DNA of 64,000 nt from Camelus ferus (lineage: Eukaryota). The notes under the pieces were generated by a model. The model ran no database searches. It saw nothing but the letters and a program-made list of their open reading frames with translations, and was not told the DNA's origin. Made by a program: the position numbers and the translations under genes. Shown piece after piece: positions 1 through 13,141 of the stretch. The DNA lies in assembly GCF_009834535.1 (NCBI RefSeq), contig NC_045697.1:76324001-76388000 (forward strand), read 5' to 3'. Each line of letters begins with the position of its first letter. The first letter of the stretch is position 1.

Positions 1-240
1 CAGCCGCCCAGCGACGCAGAGGCCATTTGAATGGAACTGCAGAATAATCTCGGAAGAAAAAGCAAGCTCGCCCGAGTGGCGGCGGCCCATTGTGCTGAGT
101 TAAACACACTGGGGAGAGTCTGGTTGGCGGCGGGAGGTGTGCTGTTAATGACAACGGTGGGGCAGTGGCTGCAGAGGTTAATGTCAGTCTACCGGATCCT
201 TTGTAATTAGTAGTCCCTATACATCCTAATTAAAGACCCC
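1..240. promoter_or_regulatory. Putative developmental enhancer / conserved-noncoding-like element (may extend beyond the window start)
   Basis: Non-repetitive and CpG-retaining; SOX-like CATTGT (88-93) and CTTTGT (199-204), TTAATGACA (145-153), two TAATTA palindromes (204-209, 227-232). Function is inferred from motif density only. Confidence 0.4.
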
Positions 241-344
241 AAGTGTTTTTTTTAAATAAGTTTTTTTTTTTTTCAGCAGCAGCAGAAGACCTTTAAACCC
301 TTGAAGTCTATACATTATGGGAACCCCAATATATAGAACAGATA

Positions 345-560
345 ATAATCTTTAAAATGTATACATTTTTCATGTAGTGCATTTTATATATTCATTAATT
401 TAATCCTCATAACACCCTATAAAGAAATATTATTATCATCTCTATTTATGGATGGGGAAACTGAGGCACATAAAAGTAAGGTAACTTGGCCGAGATCATG
501 TAGCTGGGAAATAGGAGGGCTGTGACTAGAACCCAGGCAGTCAGCCTCAGAACCCTCTTA
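345..560 (-). mobile_element. MIR SINE
   Basis: Reverse MIR core: taatcctcataacacc...ggggaaactgaggcac...gtaacttggccgagatc...agaacccaggcagtc. Confidence 0.85.
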
Positions 561-1029
561 GCTTATGTGGGAGTGGAGGACTCTGGGCTCTGGCCTCACC
601 CCTCTCTCTTCTGGCTCTACAAAATACCTTGGGCTCTCTAAAACACAGCTCAAAAAGCTACTCATAATAGTTCAGCTCTCTTCTCTTAGGGATGAAGAAA
701 ATGAAACCCAGAGAGGTAAAGTGACTTTCCTGAGATCTCACAATCAGCAAAAATGGGTCACTCACATCCTCTTCTTTAAGTTAAAGACTCACCAGTTTCT
801 CTCCCGAAAGGCAAACTCTGTATTTTCTGTTGAGAAAAATGCCTGGAGGGTGTGTGAGGGTATCTTGAAGAGTGTTTAGATGGATGCAGGAACCTGATAA
901 ATGTCAAAATGATCAAAGCGCAGCTTGGGGGGAAACCCAAATTAACTAAATAATGTCTTTCACTTCCTCCTCCTTCTTATATGAAGCTCAGGATAAGCTG
1001 AGGGCAAGTGAGACCCAAGTCATAAACCG

Positions 1030-1180
1030 TCATTCATTTACTCAACAAATAATGATTGAGAACCTACTGTGTGTCATGAACTGATCACATGCAGACACAT
1101 CCCATGTGTCACATACTAGGTGTGGGGACACAGTGGAGAGTAAGTCAGGTTCCTGCCCTCTTAGAGCTCACACTCCAGGA
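1030..1180 (-). mobile_element. L2 LINE 3' end
   Basis: cattcatttactcaacaaataatgattgag...cctgccctcttagagctcac matches the reverse L2 tail. Confidence 0.75.
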
Positions 1181-1557
1181 TCGATGGGAGGACCAATTAG
1201 CTTCACATAGATATGGTCTTGAGAGGGCTTAGAGCTGCCTGGTGGCTGTGGCCCTTTGCCATTGGAAGACCGAGTGAGAAGATGGATGGCCTAGAACAAA
1301 CTCATCACTGTTTTGAGATGTTCTTGTCTTCCTCGTGGTGAACATTAGGGGACTTGTTTATAAGACTTTACCTTAATTTAAAACCCTGTGCTTCACTTCA
1401 TATTTGTGTAGTGAGTACATGTGATGTGTTTTATTTCTATGGAAATATACAATAATCTTTCAGGAATTGATAGCATCTTCTTCTGTCCATTAACTCTCCA
1501 GGCAATGGTCTATTACCATTGATGGAAAATACAATACTTTACAATTTTCAGATCATT

Positions 1558-1636
1558 TCTAGAGCTTGCTGATATATACATGTATATTTTTTTAATTGAA
1601 GTATAGTCCTGAGCATGTATCTAGAGCTTGCTGATA
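1558..1636 (-). mobile_element. Extremely 5'-truncated L1 insertion with 17-bp target-site duplication
   Basis: Exact direct repeat tctagagcttgctgata at 1558-1574 and 1620-1636 flanks tttttttaattgaagtatagt, the same terminus as the L1 stubs at 22645 and 35208. Confidence 0.7.
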
Positions 1637-1744
1637 ATAGAAAGTTTAGTAACAGAATGGTAATTAATAATGTTACATTTTTATGTGGACTAAATGATAA
1701 TATATGTAACTGTGCAATCATTCAACAAATATTTATTGAGTGAT

Positions 1745-2310
1745 TCTTTGTTAATTTGGAAGCTTTCGATTGCAAATAACTGAAGTTCAAGGTGGCTTAA
1801 GCAATAAACATAATTTGTTGGATTACGTAACTGGAAAAATTCAGGGTTATTTCAAGCTTCAGAATGACAGAATCAGGGCTCTGTTTCTTTAAACTTCTCT
1901 CAGCCCTGTCTCTCCTCTGGGTACTGCCTTTATCCTCAGGCTAGTGTTTCTCCTAGTAGAAAAATGGCTCTTTACTTCAAGGCAGGCTGTGTACATACCT
2001 GCGCTCCGCTCTAGAGTGAGAAACAATTTCTCTCCTAATCAGCAAAGGTCTGGGTGTCACTCCTATTGGACCAACTTGGGTCATGTGCCTTCTTTAGACT
2101 GATCATTGTGGCTTACAATGATTACACACATCACTTACATTGTGTGTAATCCCATAGGGAACTGGGATTACACTGATTGGTCTAGGCTATTTAGGGTCCA
2201 CCCCTGGGGTTGGAGAAGAGATAGACAATCCCATACAAACTACACAGCCTCTACTCAATGGGGGAGAAATGCATTCGGGGAAGCAACTCAATTCTGCTTT
2301 AACCTACTGT
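1745..2310 (-). mobile_element. MaLR (MLT1-type) solo LTR, old
   Basis: ttgcaaataactgaa...ggcttaagcaataaa...gtaactggaaaa and attggaccaacttgggtcatgtgcc resemble reverse MLT1; it interrupts an L2 tail (1715-1745, resuming ~2310). Confidence 0.65.
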
Positions 2311-4949
2311 TTTCCATATGCTATGCAAGGCTGTGAAGGTATCGCTGTGAACAAGCTGGTCTAGCCAAACACTCATACGCAGACCTTTAAAACATTCATA
2401 GCGCAACTTTGAGATTCTTATAATATGAGGTGGGGCAAAACTCCAAATTGGTGTTCTCATATTTCTAGACTGATTACCTACTATGCAGTCTAGGAGTTAG
2501 CTGGCTTGTTCACTTACATGCCCAGCAAGTAGATTTTGTGTCTGAGACCCAGAATTAGAGGTAGCACAACCAGTAGGTTCACTATGAGGATTTAACAAGC
2601 TTCCTATTTGATTCTGCTTTAGATTTTCCGTTGGAGACAATAAGCGCCCCTAGTGGAAATAATATATTTAAATATTCAGGTAAATCACATTAAACTGTTG
2701 ATCTAAATGATTGCTTTGTGTGTTAAACCCAAGTCCTAACCAAGCTGGTACACAGCAACAAGGAGAACACACTGCCGTGTGGCCATTTCCCCAGAGGTCT
2801 GGAAATTTTCTTTGTAACAAGTTGTGTCTGCAGGGTCGCCTGGCAGCCTGCACGTGTGACACTATGGTCACTAGTGGGTCTTCTGTGACATTAAGAATGG
2901 AAGTGATGAGAGCTAACAGGCATCCTGAAAATTCTGTTCCTCATGAGTACCTGGGGGTATGCAAGCTCTACCTTCATACCTTCTATTCAATAGGAACAAA
3001 TTATATACTTCACTGAAGCATGCTGTTTCCCTGAGAACCTTTAAATTGCTGTCTGAGTAACACTCGTGAGCTGCGTTTTCTAGATTTCTAAATTATATAA
3101 TGCTGTAGCATAAACAGTGATCTTTGTCTCAGTCACAGTCTTAGCAAGGACTGACAGAGAAGAAAGCACTTGAAGTTTGATGCCCTAGGGTGATAATAAC
3201 AAACCTTATTCAACAAAGCTCAATAAAATTCAGTCCCCCGCCTTTAGCCTATTACTATTACCACTACTGTCACTATCACAATGACTATTTCTGCCATGAT
3301 GCACACAGATTGTTCATCACCTTATTTTGAGATTCTTGGCCAACTTTGGGAGAACTGTAAAGATGTGAAAAATTAGATATTGAAGTTGAAAGAAAAGAAT
3401 AAAGGTTATGCCATGTACAATTCAGTAAAGTTAGCTTAGAGCAAATTGTGCATTCTTCCAATGAATCATAATTATAAAAGAGGTACTTGGTACCATGTTT
3501 TATTGTGTTTGCTACAACATTGGGAGTGGGTAATAATGGGCCTCAGATGACTCAATGAGCTACAAGGACAAATCTTTTTGCAGAGGAGGACAGGGCATAT
3601 TTCACTGCTAAGGGTCAGCTCTCATAATCCTCCTAGTTAAGAGAACTATGGATGCCCTCAAAGCCACAAAGGGACGGCGTTCTGCCTATTAAATGTGCTT
3701 CTGCATTAATCCAGAAATTCTTTGTTGATAACCAAATGTATAGCAACCACATTTAAATTTCAGAACATTACAATTAGATATATTTGAATAAAGAAGAAAA
3801 ACAGGGAACCCAAAGCTATTAAGTGGAGCTTTTAAAGTCATGGCCAGGTGCTATTTCAAAACAAACATGTCAATTCTGTCCCAGTTAAAGAAGATAGAAT
3901 CCTCCAGTCTCTTCGAGAGTTGTACTTGGAATACAAAATGGGAATTTTGTTTAGGGTTTTTCAGGTGTGATGTTTTTAAAAATTTTTGCAAAGAATATTT
4001 TCAATGCAATTACTTTTGAACAGGGCAGCAGGGGAAGCCAAGTTAGGTTAACAGATCAACCAGAGAAAATTCAAGAGGGTCCTTTGCAGGGTGAGAGGGC
4101 GTCTGTGGCTTTGCCATGTGGTTGTGTGGCTCCAGCAAGTTGCTTTGCCTGTTTTGCAGGGGTTTGTGGTGAATTCGCTGACACTTAGGTGGCTGGCTGC
4201 AGGCTGAGGATGGCTCTTTGGCGGGCTCAGCCAGCTTGGCACACTCTCAGCTCTGGGAAGTCCACGCTGTTTTACAAAGAGCAGGTGGGCGAGAAAGCTC
4301 AACACTGCAGGGCACATCGCGCAGCTGTGAGAGGTGGAATTCCCCTCAAAAGGATCGGCACTGCTTTGAAAATAAATTCATCATTAAAATAGAAGGATTT
4401 CTGAAGCCATAGACGAACACAGGGCTTGATTGGTTTCAAATTAACTCTTTGTACTCATCTTTCATTCATCCTTGAAGAGAATGTCTCTGCTTTTTCCAGG
4501 GAGGTAACACAAATAATCCTTGACATCTTTTCAAGGAGGAGAGTGAAATGTTGGAGCACTTACACCGCGGCGGCATCTGCTTTCCATTCCCCCAGCATCT
4601 TGTGGCTCTAATGCGTGGCAGGGAGGGACCCTGGCTGCAAGTCAGGCTCTCTGTTTTGCTTCATGTTCAGGACTTAAGAGGGCTGCGCTTCTCCCTGGAA
4701 GACTGGGGCAGGAGAGGGGGTCTCTGCTTATTCTGAAGGCTAGATGGTTGCTCTTCTTCCCCCCTCCTTTCCCTTTCTTCCCCTCTTTCTGAGTCTGTGC
4801 TCTTCCTTGGGGGGGGCCTCCCCCACACTCTCCCCCTCCCTGGGAGTTAAGAATGGCCTTGCTTCTGTTCTTCTTGTTACTAATTTAAAGCCTTTCCTCT
4901 CCCTTGTGGAAATATCTGATAACACCGCTTTCTCTGAGGGAGACTATTT

Positions 4950-5830
4950 GTATATCTTACGTCCACGAATCCCATAAACAATTAAATGCAGAGCAGGCGA
5001 GCCTGTGGAAACCTCTCTGGCTACTTAAGTGAAGTTTCCTAATCCTTTACTGCGGCGACCCAGACCCGAGCTCTGGGGCCCATTCATCTGCTGTTGCTCC
5101 TCGAGCACTTTGATCTCAGGCCTTCATTACAGCTCATTTCAGCATTAAGGATGATCTGAATTCATGAGCTCTTCCCTTACTAATAAGTGCCATTCATAGC
5201 CATCCTCAGGAGCGACCACAGCTCATGGAAAACTGGTTCAAACCACACGCAAGAGAATAATGGACTAGCTTCAAACACAAGTGAAAAACGGGGGTTTTAT
5301 TAGCCGAATGAACCTTTGAATGAGATGCTTCATTAAACAAAGAAGTCTCGTTTTCAGGGCGCTGTTAAATCCACCAATTGCCACTCTGAGATTAGTAAGT
5401 GTGATTATTTCATTTTTTTCAGGTGGAAATCCTGAGGAAGAGAAGAGACTGAATATGCCCACTGCACCCCAGGCAGGGCTAGAGTTGGTCTGGGGTTTAT
5501 CTGGCTCTATAGATTTTAAACCATCGACACTTTGAAATGTGTTCCCTGTTTGATTATCTAGAGTGAAGTTGACACTCCTAAAAAGAACCTACTTATTTTT
5601 TTCATTTCCTTTAAAAAAAAAAGAAATTTAATTTGGATTCAGCTAATACCCTTATAACTTCTAAAGCTATCAGTCAAGCAGAAAGAGGAGCAAATTGTTG
5701 GAAGATGATGGGAGCCACACGGCCGAGTGGAGGAAAAGACAGGCACACAGTCAGGCGGCAAAAGCCACCAGCTAATCCATTAACCGCCTTTGCTATAACT
5801 GGGTTTCGCTCTGGCTTTAAACAGGTGAAA
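4950..5830. promoter_or_regulatory. Putative enhancer cluster
   Basis: Repeat-free stretch with FOX-like TAAACA (4975-4980), CAATTAAA, several CATTA/TAAT cores, a bicoid-type GCTAATCC (~5771) and retained CpGs. Confidence 0.35.
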
Positions 5831-6029
5831 GCACAAAGGACACACTATTAAAGTCTCAGTGCCGCAGAAGACAGTTCATCCCGTGCAACAGCCAGTAGTG
5901 TGCACAGAGGGGGAGCCTCAGTGAGCGCTATGCAAGTTTTAACTTAGCACTTAGTAGGAGCTTCCAGCAGCATTGCAGAAACATTGGGGAAAGAGTAGCC
6001 GGCAGTCCTTTTGAAGTCCTTTAAAGCCT

Positions 6030-6720
6030 AAATTGCACTCCTTGCTCCTGCTCTATTGGTTCATTTTCTCCCCGCCTCCCAGTCTTGGGACCCTTCGCCG
6101 CGCCCCTCCCCGGCCCGCCCCTCCCCGCAGACCGTCAGGAAAGGTGACTGGGGGAGGACCCTGGCCCACCCTCCCGCCTTTGCCGAGAGGGGCGGTGCGG
6201 CGGCGAGTGTGCCCAGCCGAGGACCGAAGGCCCCCCGCAGTGGCCTCGCAGATTTCCGAGGGGAAGCTCTTCACCCTCTCTCCAGGGGCCCTCAGGGTTC
6301 ACAATGTCTGGTCCCCACGCATCACCTTCACTCCTGTCAATACACTGGCGAGAGGGCTAAAATTAAAATTAATGGCAGGAAGAGGAGCTTAAGAGATCCC
6401 CCTCACTGAGCCTTTCAATTAAGGCTACTGATTAGATCTTAGATCTCCTTACCACATTAAAAAAGGACTAAGGGTTCGCTCATGTGAGCGGTTGTTTCTT
6501 TTTGTTTTTTATGCCCCACCCCCTTTGGCCCAGCCCGATGTTTTTAATTTTGCTGCTGCTGGAGCAGACGGGAGCATCCTAGATGCCCCTTCTCGTCTGG
6601 GCCACGAAACCAGGTGATCACAGTCAGGCCCGCCCTGACAGAGCCATCCCGGCTACAGCTCGCTCTCACTTCCTGCCCCGGGAAGACCTCACAGCCAGCT
6701 GGATCAAGATTTCCCCGTCT
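6030..6720. promoter_or_regulatory. Small CpG island / GC-box element (promoter- or enhancer-like)
   Basis: CpG-dense at 6090-6260, GC boxes (CCCGCCCC, GGGGCGG), ATTGG (CCAAT) at ~6055, homeodomain sites AATTAATG/CAATTAAG at 6360-6425. Confidence 0.55.
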
Positions 6721-7584
6721 TGGTTGTACTATTAAAGGTGTAAACAGTTTCCCTTTTTACAACTGGTTCAAAAGAGAGAATATCAAGACATTTGTGTATC
6801 TTTCATGACAGTCACTAGAAGAAACTGTTACTTCTCTTTCTCTGTGTGTAAGTCTTGTAATGAGACTTCTTTGCTTGCCGCGACATTATCTGGCTAAGTT
6901 CAAGTGCCTGGGGTCTTTGGAGGGCAGCTGTGTTAGAAATAGGATTGTCGCTGAGCCCAAATGTCAGACCAATACTGTGGAGCACCGGTAGTGAATCTGA
7001 CCCCCAAGGAAAAGTCAGGGTTAATAATCTAGTTTGTTAGCAGTCACTCCATGACCTGAATGCTTCGGTTTGATTCCACACAGTTTGTATTCATGAAAAA
7101 TTACCAGAACTCTTCTATTTTTGCTATGTAGACCTGTTACACTACACCTGAATAGTTAACTGTTTAAATTGTTAAACCCCAGTGGGCTAAGAGGTCTTAG
7201 GAGCAAAGAACGAGTAAGCCCCGGCCTGTGTAACTCGGGATGCTGTTAGGCCAGAAGAAATTAGAAGGACTGTTTTTTTTTTTTTCCCAGTTGCTTCTCG
7301 TTCCACCATATATAAAGAGACGATCACAATTTGCCATTCATTTCCTCATCTTCTTTTGACTTTTATGTGCCAAATATACTCAGTTCAGCATGTAAGGTGG
7401 GCAAGTATTATTATTTCAGAGACCAGGCAGCTGAAACACAGAGAGAATCAGCTTAGCCAGGGTTGTATAAGTGAACTCATATCTGGGGCCTCCTGACCAC
7501 CAGCCCTAAGAAAATAGTCTTGGGAGGCCCTGGAGTCAGGATCTTCACTTAAAATGCGGGTTTTCACATTCTTAAAAGCACAGG

Positions 7585-7760
7585 CCAGTCATTGCAGCTC
7601 TCTGAGCTTCAGTTTCCTCATCTATGAAAAGGGGGTGTGGCAGAACTACTTCATAGGGCTGTTGTTGTAATAACAGGTTAAAAGAGGAAAGTGTATGAAC
7701 TTTTTAGAACAGGGTTGGTCTAATGCGTAGTGAACACCCAGTAATATACTTGTATTACTA
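7585..7760 (+). mobile_element. MIR SINE
   Basis: ctctctgagcttcagtttcctcatctatgaaaa...cttcatagggctgttg. Confidence 0.8.
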
Positions 7761-9079
7761 CCATTAATGAGGAAACCGACAAGCAGAACTGCTGAGGGAT
7801 TTCCAAAAAGAAGCCGCACAATTAGAGACAGAGTGAGTACCATAGCCAAAGCCATGTTTGTGTGGTTTTTGGTATGGTTGTTTGTTTTGTTATTTTGGAA
7901 GCTTTTGCACCCATTCCTCAGTGAGAGCTCTTATTTCTTTTCCAAATACAAGAGTGAATTTCCTCTGAGCATTGTTGCTATTCATTTGGTCAGATTCCTA
8001 AGAATATACATATTTTAAAGTAGGATTAGCTTGCAGAAGCAGCCAAATGGAGAGCTGGTAGGAGGATTCATCCTAATACTGATGCAAACATAAATTTTAA
8101 CACGGCTGAATGCATCAAAGTACAAGGGCTCTGTTTAGTTGGGTACCAAGTGGTTCCAGCAAGTATTTTTCCTCAGGGGCACCCAGGCTGATGCAACTTC
8201 AGTGGCTCTATAAGGCTATACCATTTGGAAATGAGTGAGCAGTCAGATTTGCCAACGAACATGCCTGCAATTCTAAATCCATCATTCCAGCAGTGCTCGT
8301 AAAACAAGGTCCAGATTTATTTTCCACTTAGTGTTTGTTCTGCTCATTAATTATATTCATATCTGCTTCTTTGAAGTTATTGAGACTATTGGGAAATGTA
8401 AAAGAAAGCTGTATTGATTTCAGTCTTAATATCATTCCATCTTTCTTTCCTTCATCTACGAGCTCTCTGGCACGTTGACTGACATGTGGCGGCGGGTGTA
8501 GTGTGTCGGGCACAGAGTAGGGCATTATCAACAGAGCCCAGGCTCTCCAGATCTGCAGTCTCTTTGGTGAGAGGGTTTAGATTTAGAACGTCTGGATTGT
8601 ATTCTATGAAAATCTCCACAGCCTTTCCTTTCAAAATTCATTTCAGTTGTCAAAAAAAGGGCGGGGTGGGGAGGGGGGAGTGATGGTGAGTCACTTTGAA
8701 ATCATATAGCTTATTATTATCATCGTTTTTTTAAAAGCTTATTACTATAGTTTTTCTCCCAGGGGAGCTGAGTTGATTTATAACCCCACCTTCCTTATCT
8801 CAACATGTGGCTGAGTTCAGAAGGGAATTAAAATTGGGGGATTTTTTTTCCCTCCAGGAAAAACTGATAGAACATACCCCAACCTCATTTTCAAGTTGAG
8901 CAGGAACATTTTTAGGCCCTTGAATTGACTTCAAAAAATGCATATACAGCAACTAAGATCATGCCTCTCCCCAAATTTACATACTTGCCCTGAGCACTTT
9001 ATAAGTGAGACCTACCTGGGGACAGTCTTCACCACTGCAGTATATGCTGGGTCCAGTGGAACTTCTCTGAGGCCAAGGA

Positions 9080-9370
9080 TCCTCACCTGCTTTGTTCATT
9101 GTTGTACCCTAAGTCCCTAGAGCCATGCCTGGCTCATAGTAGGTGCTCAGTAAATATTTGTGATGTAGGTGAATGAACAGGGAAGTAACAGAGAGTGAGA
9201 GCTAGGAGCCAGGGCTTTGGGGCCAGAGAGACAGACCTGGGTTCTAACGGTAACCTTGCACTCATGAGCCTGGTGACGTGGCTTAGCCTGCTTGGCTGCA
9301 GCTTCGCCATCTGTAAAATGGGTGTAAGGACAGTGCCTACTGCTTCAGATTGTAGGGAGGCTTCCAAATA
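9080..9370 (+). mobile_element. L2 3' end followed by MIR
   Basis: tgcctggctcatagtaggtgctcagtaaatatttg (L2 tail), then gacctgggttctaa...catctgtaaaatggg (MIR). Confidence 0.8.
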
Positions 9371-10594
9371 TGTGAATTCTCCATACGTGGTTCATATTCT
9401 TACAAATCCTCCAGATGTGGGTGTGATGGTCCCCCTCGAGTCCAGAAACTTGGGGCCCATGAAATACGATCTGTCTTCCCAAACTGTGCTTCACATTAAC
9501 ACACAGAAAGTGACCCTCACCCTTGGTCAGGGAAAAGCCCCCTGTCTTCCTGGGCATTTCAGCAGCAGTGGGAGCAGCCTCTTCTGTGTCCCCGGCTCAG
9601 CTCGTATGGCTCCTGGACTAAGGGTCTGTGTCGTGTCATCCCAGGCACCGCAGAGAGAGAGGAAGAAACTGTCTTCAGCTTGGATGACTGATGGTCTGGG
9701 ATTATTATTCTTCGGGTTCCAGGACACAGTGCTCCTATTATTTCCAGAGAGCTTTCATTTATTTTTTCAACATTGAAAGCTCATGCCAGTATGGTGGTCT
9801 GAAACCTCATGGCAGCATATATATGAGGCGATCGTATTCCATCCTTGGTTCCCTAAACAGGGTGCTACTGTTGCAGAAAGGAAGTTCCAGAGGTAACTAT
9901 TCCCCGTGACTCTCATGTGGTCAGCGGAACTGTCTTATGCAAAGTAGGCTTTGAAAAGGTGTTTGCTGGCTGAGATGGAGGGGCTGCCGTTCCCAGCTGG
10001 CTTGTTTGTCCGTCCCGGCCAGTATCCTGCCTCTCACAGTGCCAACACCTGATATGCCAGGAGAAGACAGATCTTTCCTTTAGCTCCCTTTCCATGAACC
10101 AAGAGAAGCATCCTCCTCCCACCTCTTTGGCCCTTTCAGAATAGACTGAGGGAGGGAGGCGTGGGTATGGCAAAAATCGGAGGATGGAAAACCAGCGTGG
10201 CCCACACGTGCTGGGAGGGGAGGTCAGAAGGAGAGGACCATCTAATGACTTGGTCTGATGGGATCGGAGGTGCCGAGTGCCTGACAAGGCTGAGGTGGAT
10301 TTTATAAATGAGTGAAGACGGCAAGTGTGAGGCAGAAATACTTAGAGAGGGATAGAGACTGGGGCAAACTGCAAAGGAAACCTCTCATCCAAAGGGGACA
10401 GCCACTCCTCAACTTCAGCTCACCGTGTATGGGAATTCAAGCCTAGTGTGGCAAGCTCCTTTGGTTTTTGAAGCAAATAATCCATTTTTTTCTGGGAAAT
10501 CTCTGAGATTGTCAACATTAACAACATATGTATTATTAAGTGGTGTACGGACCGAAGAAAACACATCTCTAGGACTTTAGATTTCTCTGAGATG

Positions 10595-10870
10595 AGCATT
10601 CATTCTACAACAATTTGCTGAGTACTTAGGGTGTACCTGGCACAGTGCCCGGAGCAGCAGATATGAAAATGCAAAAGACATAGTTCATATTTTCAAATGT
10701 TTTGTTAAGTGAAGGAGAAAGGTACAGAAACAGATTAATAAATAGAAAGTCCTGGAATGGGGTGAGATGACAAAGATCAGCAGGACAGTAAAGGAAGGGA
10801 CCATCTGAGTCTCCGAGGTAGGAGGTCGTCAGAATCCGTGAGGAGGGTTTTACCTGCTGGAAAGATGGGA
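10595..10870 (-). mobile_element. L2 LINE 3' region
   Basis: cattcattctacaacaatttgctgagtactt...ggcacagtgc reverse L2 tail. Confidence 0.6.
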
Positions 10871-11562
10871 GGGTGGATTAAGGGCCAGCACGGCAGAGGG
10901 GCTAGCGTTTCCACGGGCCAGTGTGCGGGACGTGCGCAGCACACTTGGGACACCAGGGGTGGGCTTGCTGGGCTGGAGTGTGGGGCAAATGGCAGGTGAT
11001 GAGGCTGGCTCTGCCTGGGGCAGCCTGACTTTTCTGGGTCTCCAGTGGACCCAGAAATGTCAGAACACACTTCCACTTCCCCCCAGCTCTCACAGGGGCA
11101 CCCCGGCAGCCTAAAGGACTGTTGGGGAACCCACGTGGATGGGTTCACCTTTATCCATGTGCAGCCCACATCTGCAGCCATCCTGTCTCTCCTCAGCGTT
11201 GCACCTCTCGTCCCATTGTCACCGTACCCATAACCGTCGGGGCGCTTCAACACCCACCCGTGCCCACATCTGTCTGCGGTTGTGGGAGAGTGCCGAATGG
11301 GGCGGCAGGACTTACACCAACAGCTAACATTCTAATGTCAGGTCATTGGTTATCTTGCCCCAGGCTTGAAAGCAATACACATCTGCCAAACTCATACGGA
11401 AGGCCTAAATAAATCTGTGGGTATGATTCGATTTTACTGGTCCTGTCTAATGAGAGGTTTGGCTTTTGGATTTTCAGTGTCTTGCCTCTGTCCCCCTACC
11501 CTGAGTTGTACAGGTCAGCAGACCACTGCCCTGATTGAAATAGATGGATATTGCCTATAATT

Positions 11563-11672
11563 AAAAAGAATATGAAAAGGAATATGTATATGTATATGTA
11601 TGACTTAATCACTATGCTGTATGCCAGAAATTAACGCATTATAAATCAACTAAACTTCAAAAAAAAAATAAA
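11563..11672 (+). mobile_element. Young L1 3' terminal stub with poly(A), inserted in a MIR
   Basis: aaaaggaatatgtatatgtatatgtatgacttaatcactatgctgtatgccagaaatt...aaacttcaaaaaaaaaataaaa; homologous to the reverse complement of the stubs at 22645 and 35208. Confidence 0.8.
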
Positions 11673-13141
11673 AGACCAAATGAGCTAATATGAGGAAAAC
11701 ACTTAGTACCTGACACACAGTTCTAAGTGCTAGCTGTTGTTAATGGTAGTTTTATCATTTCTCATGGCCCCAAGTCAACGAAAAGAACAGGTGAATAAAG
11801 TTGTATCTTCAGGCCCACATCCTTCTCCAGCTCTGTATTCGAAATGTGCGATTTTTGCAGGCGGAATAGATCAGATGAAAAAGCTTAAGAAGCATTTTAG
11901 CATATAGGCACTGGTGAGTGTGGAATCTTTTTTCCTTCTTTGCATGAGCTGCTATGTGTAATTCTAGAATTTACTCTCAAATTGGTTAGAATAGGCTTCC
12001 TCTCTAGATTGAAGTAATAATAATCTCATTTGCCCCAACTCCAAAGCCCTTTGAAGTTAAACATTGAGAGGGAGGATGGCAGACCCACTCAGCAGAGATT
12101 AGATCTTGTTTTAAACCCTAGCTGCTCTGAGAATAATTTCCTTAATTAATATTCACCAGATATCATACACTTGAGACTGTATTTTCATGTAACCTACTTG
12201 CATATAATTGTTCTTCGCTAAGGCTCTTCGCTGCGTTTGTATCTTGCTTTTGTGTCAGTATTCAACGAGATCATTTCCATCTAAAAGCGGTGCTGAAGGG
12301 GGTGGGAGGCTCGCTGGGTCTCCCCTTCTGTGCGAGTGCAAGCGCACATGGACTTTCATCTCGTTTCTGAAGTTAATATTGTTCTGTGCTTATTCCCATT
12401 CTTAACTGGGTGCACATGGCTCCCAGCCCCCTCTCCCTTCTGGAATCAAGGCCTGGACGTTTTCAGGTGCTGCCCTCTCGTTGTCTCGTAACACGTGGCA
12501 AAGCGTCTATCAGGGCCCCTACTGCTTCTGTGGGCCCAAGGGTCTTCAAGTCTCCAAGGCCCACATCTGCCGTCAGTCACAGCCTCTAATGTTACCAGTG
12601 CCCATCCCGGTCGGACAGTCACATATCCCCATCTGCAGGGACCTCAGGTTATTCAAGAGTTGGCTTGCCCGCCGATCGGTGAAAGGGGCTAGAATGACCT
12701 GGAAAGAAATCTTTCTGCTTGTCGAATTTCAAAGCCTTGCAAGTATCGCATACGGCTCTGAGTAATCTGCAAAATTAAGTCTACCTTTTAAATACGTCTT
12801 TTAAGAGGTGTAAACAGATTTGCTCATTCAAAAGTCGGTTAGTCTTCTACATCTGCAAGCAAATGCCTCTGATAGTAAAAGAGCACCCCGCCACACACAC
12901 ACACTAACTGGCAGAAATATTTTTTTGCTTGTTTGTCTTGTTTTCCTAGATGTGGTACATAATTTTTTAAATAGTTAATAACAATTCTGTCATCAAATAA
13001 TCATTGATTGAGCTAACTCTAAGGGCAAATCACATTTCCTAATATAAAGGTGCGAAATACTTGAATACTTACATACAATGTATATGTTATCATATATCTT
13101 AAATATACTATATATTACACATGTATATGCCATCTACAGAA

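Noticed and set aside
2644..2656. CTCF-like gcgcccctagtgg (minus CCACTAGGGGCGC)
   Set aside because: One G short of the core spacing (CCACTAGGGGGCGC); possibly a decayed site, but not callable.
9195..9776. 193-aa plus-strand ORF
   Set aside because: Starts at a non-ATG codon inside a MIR and shows no recognisable domain.
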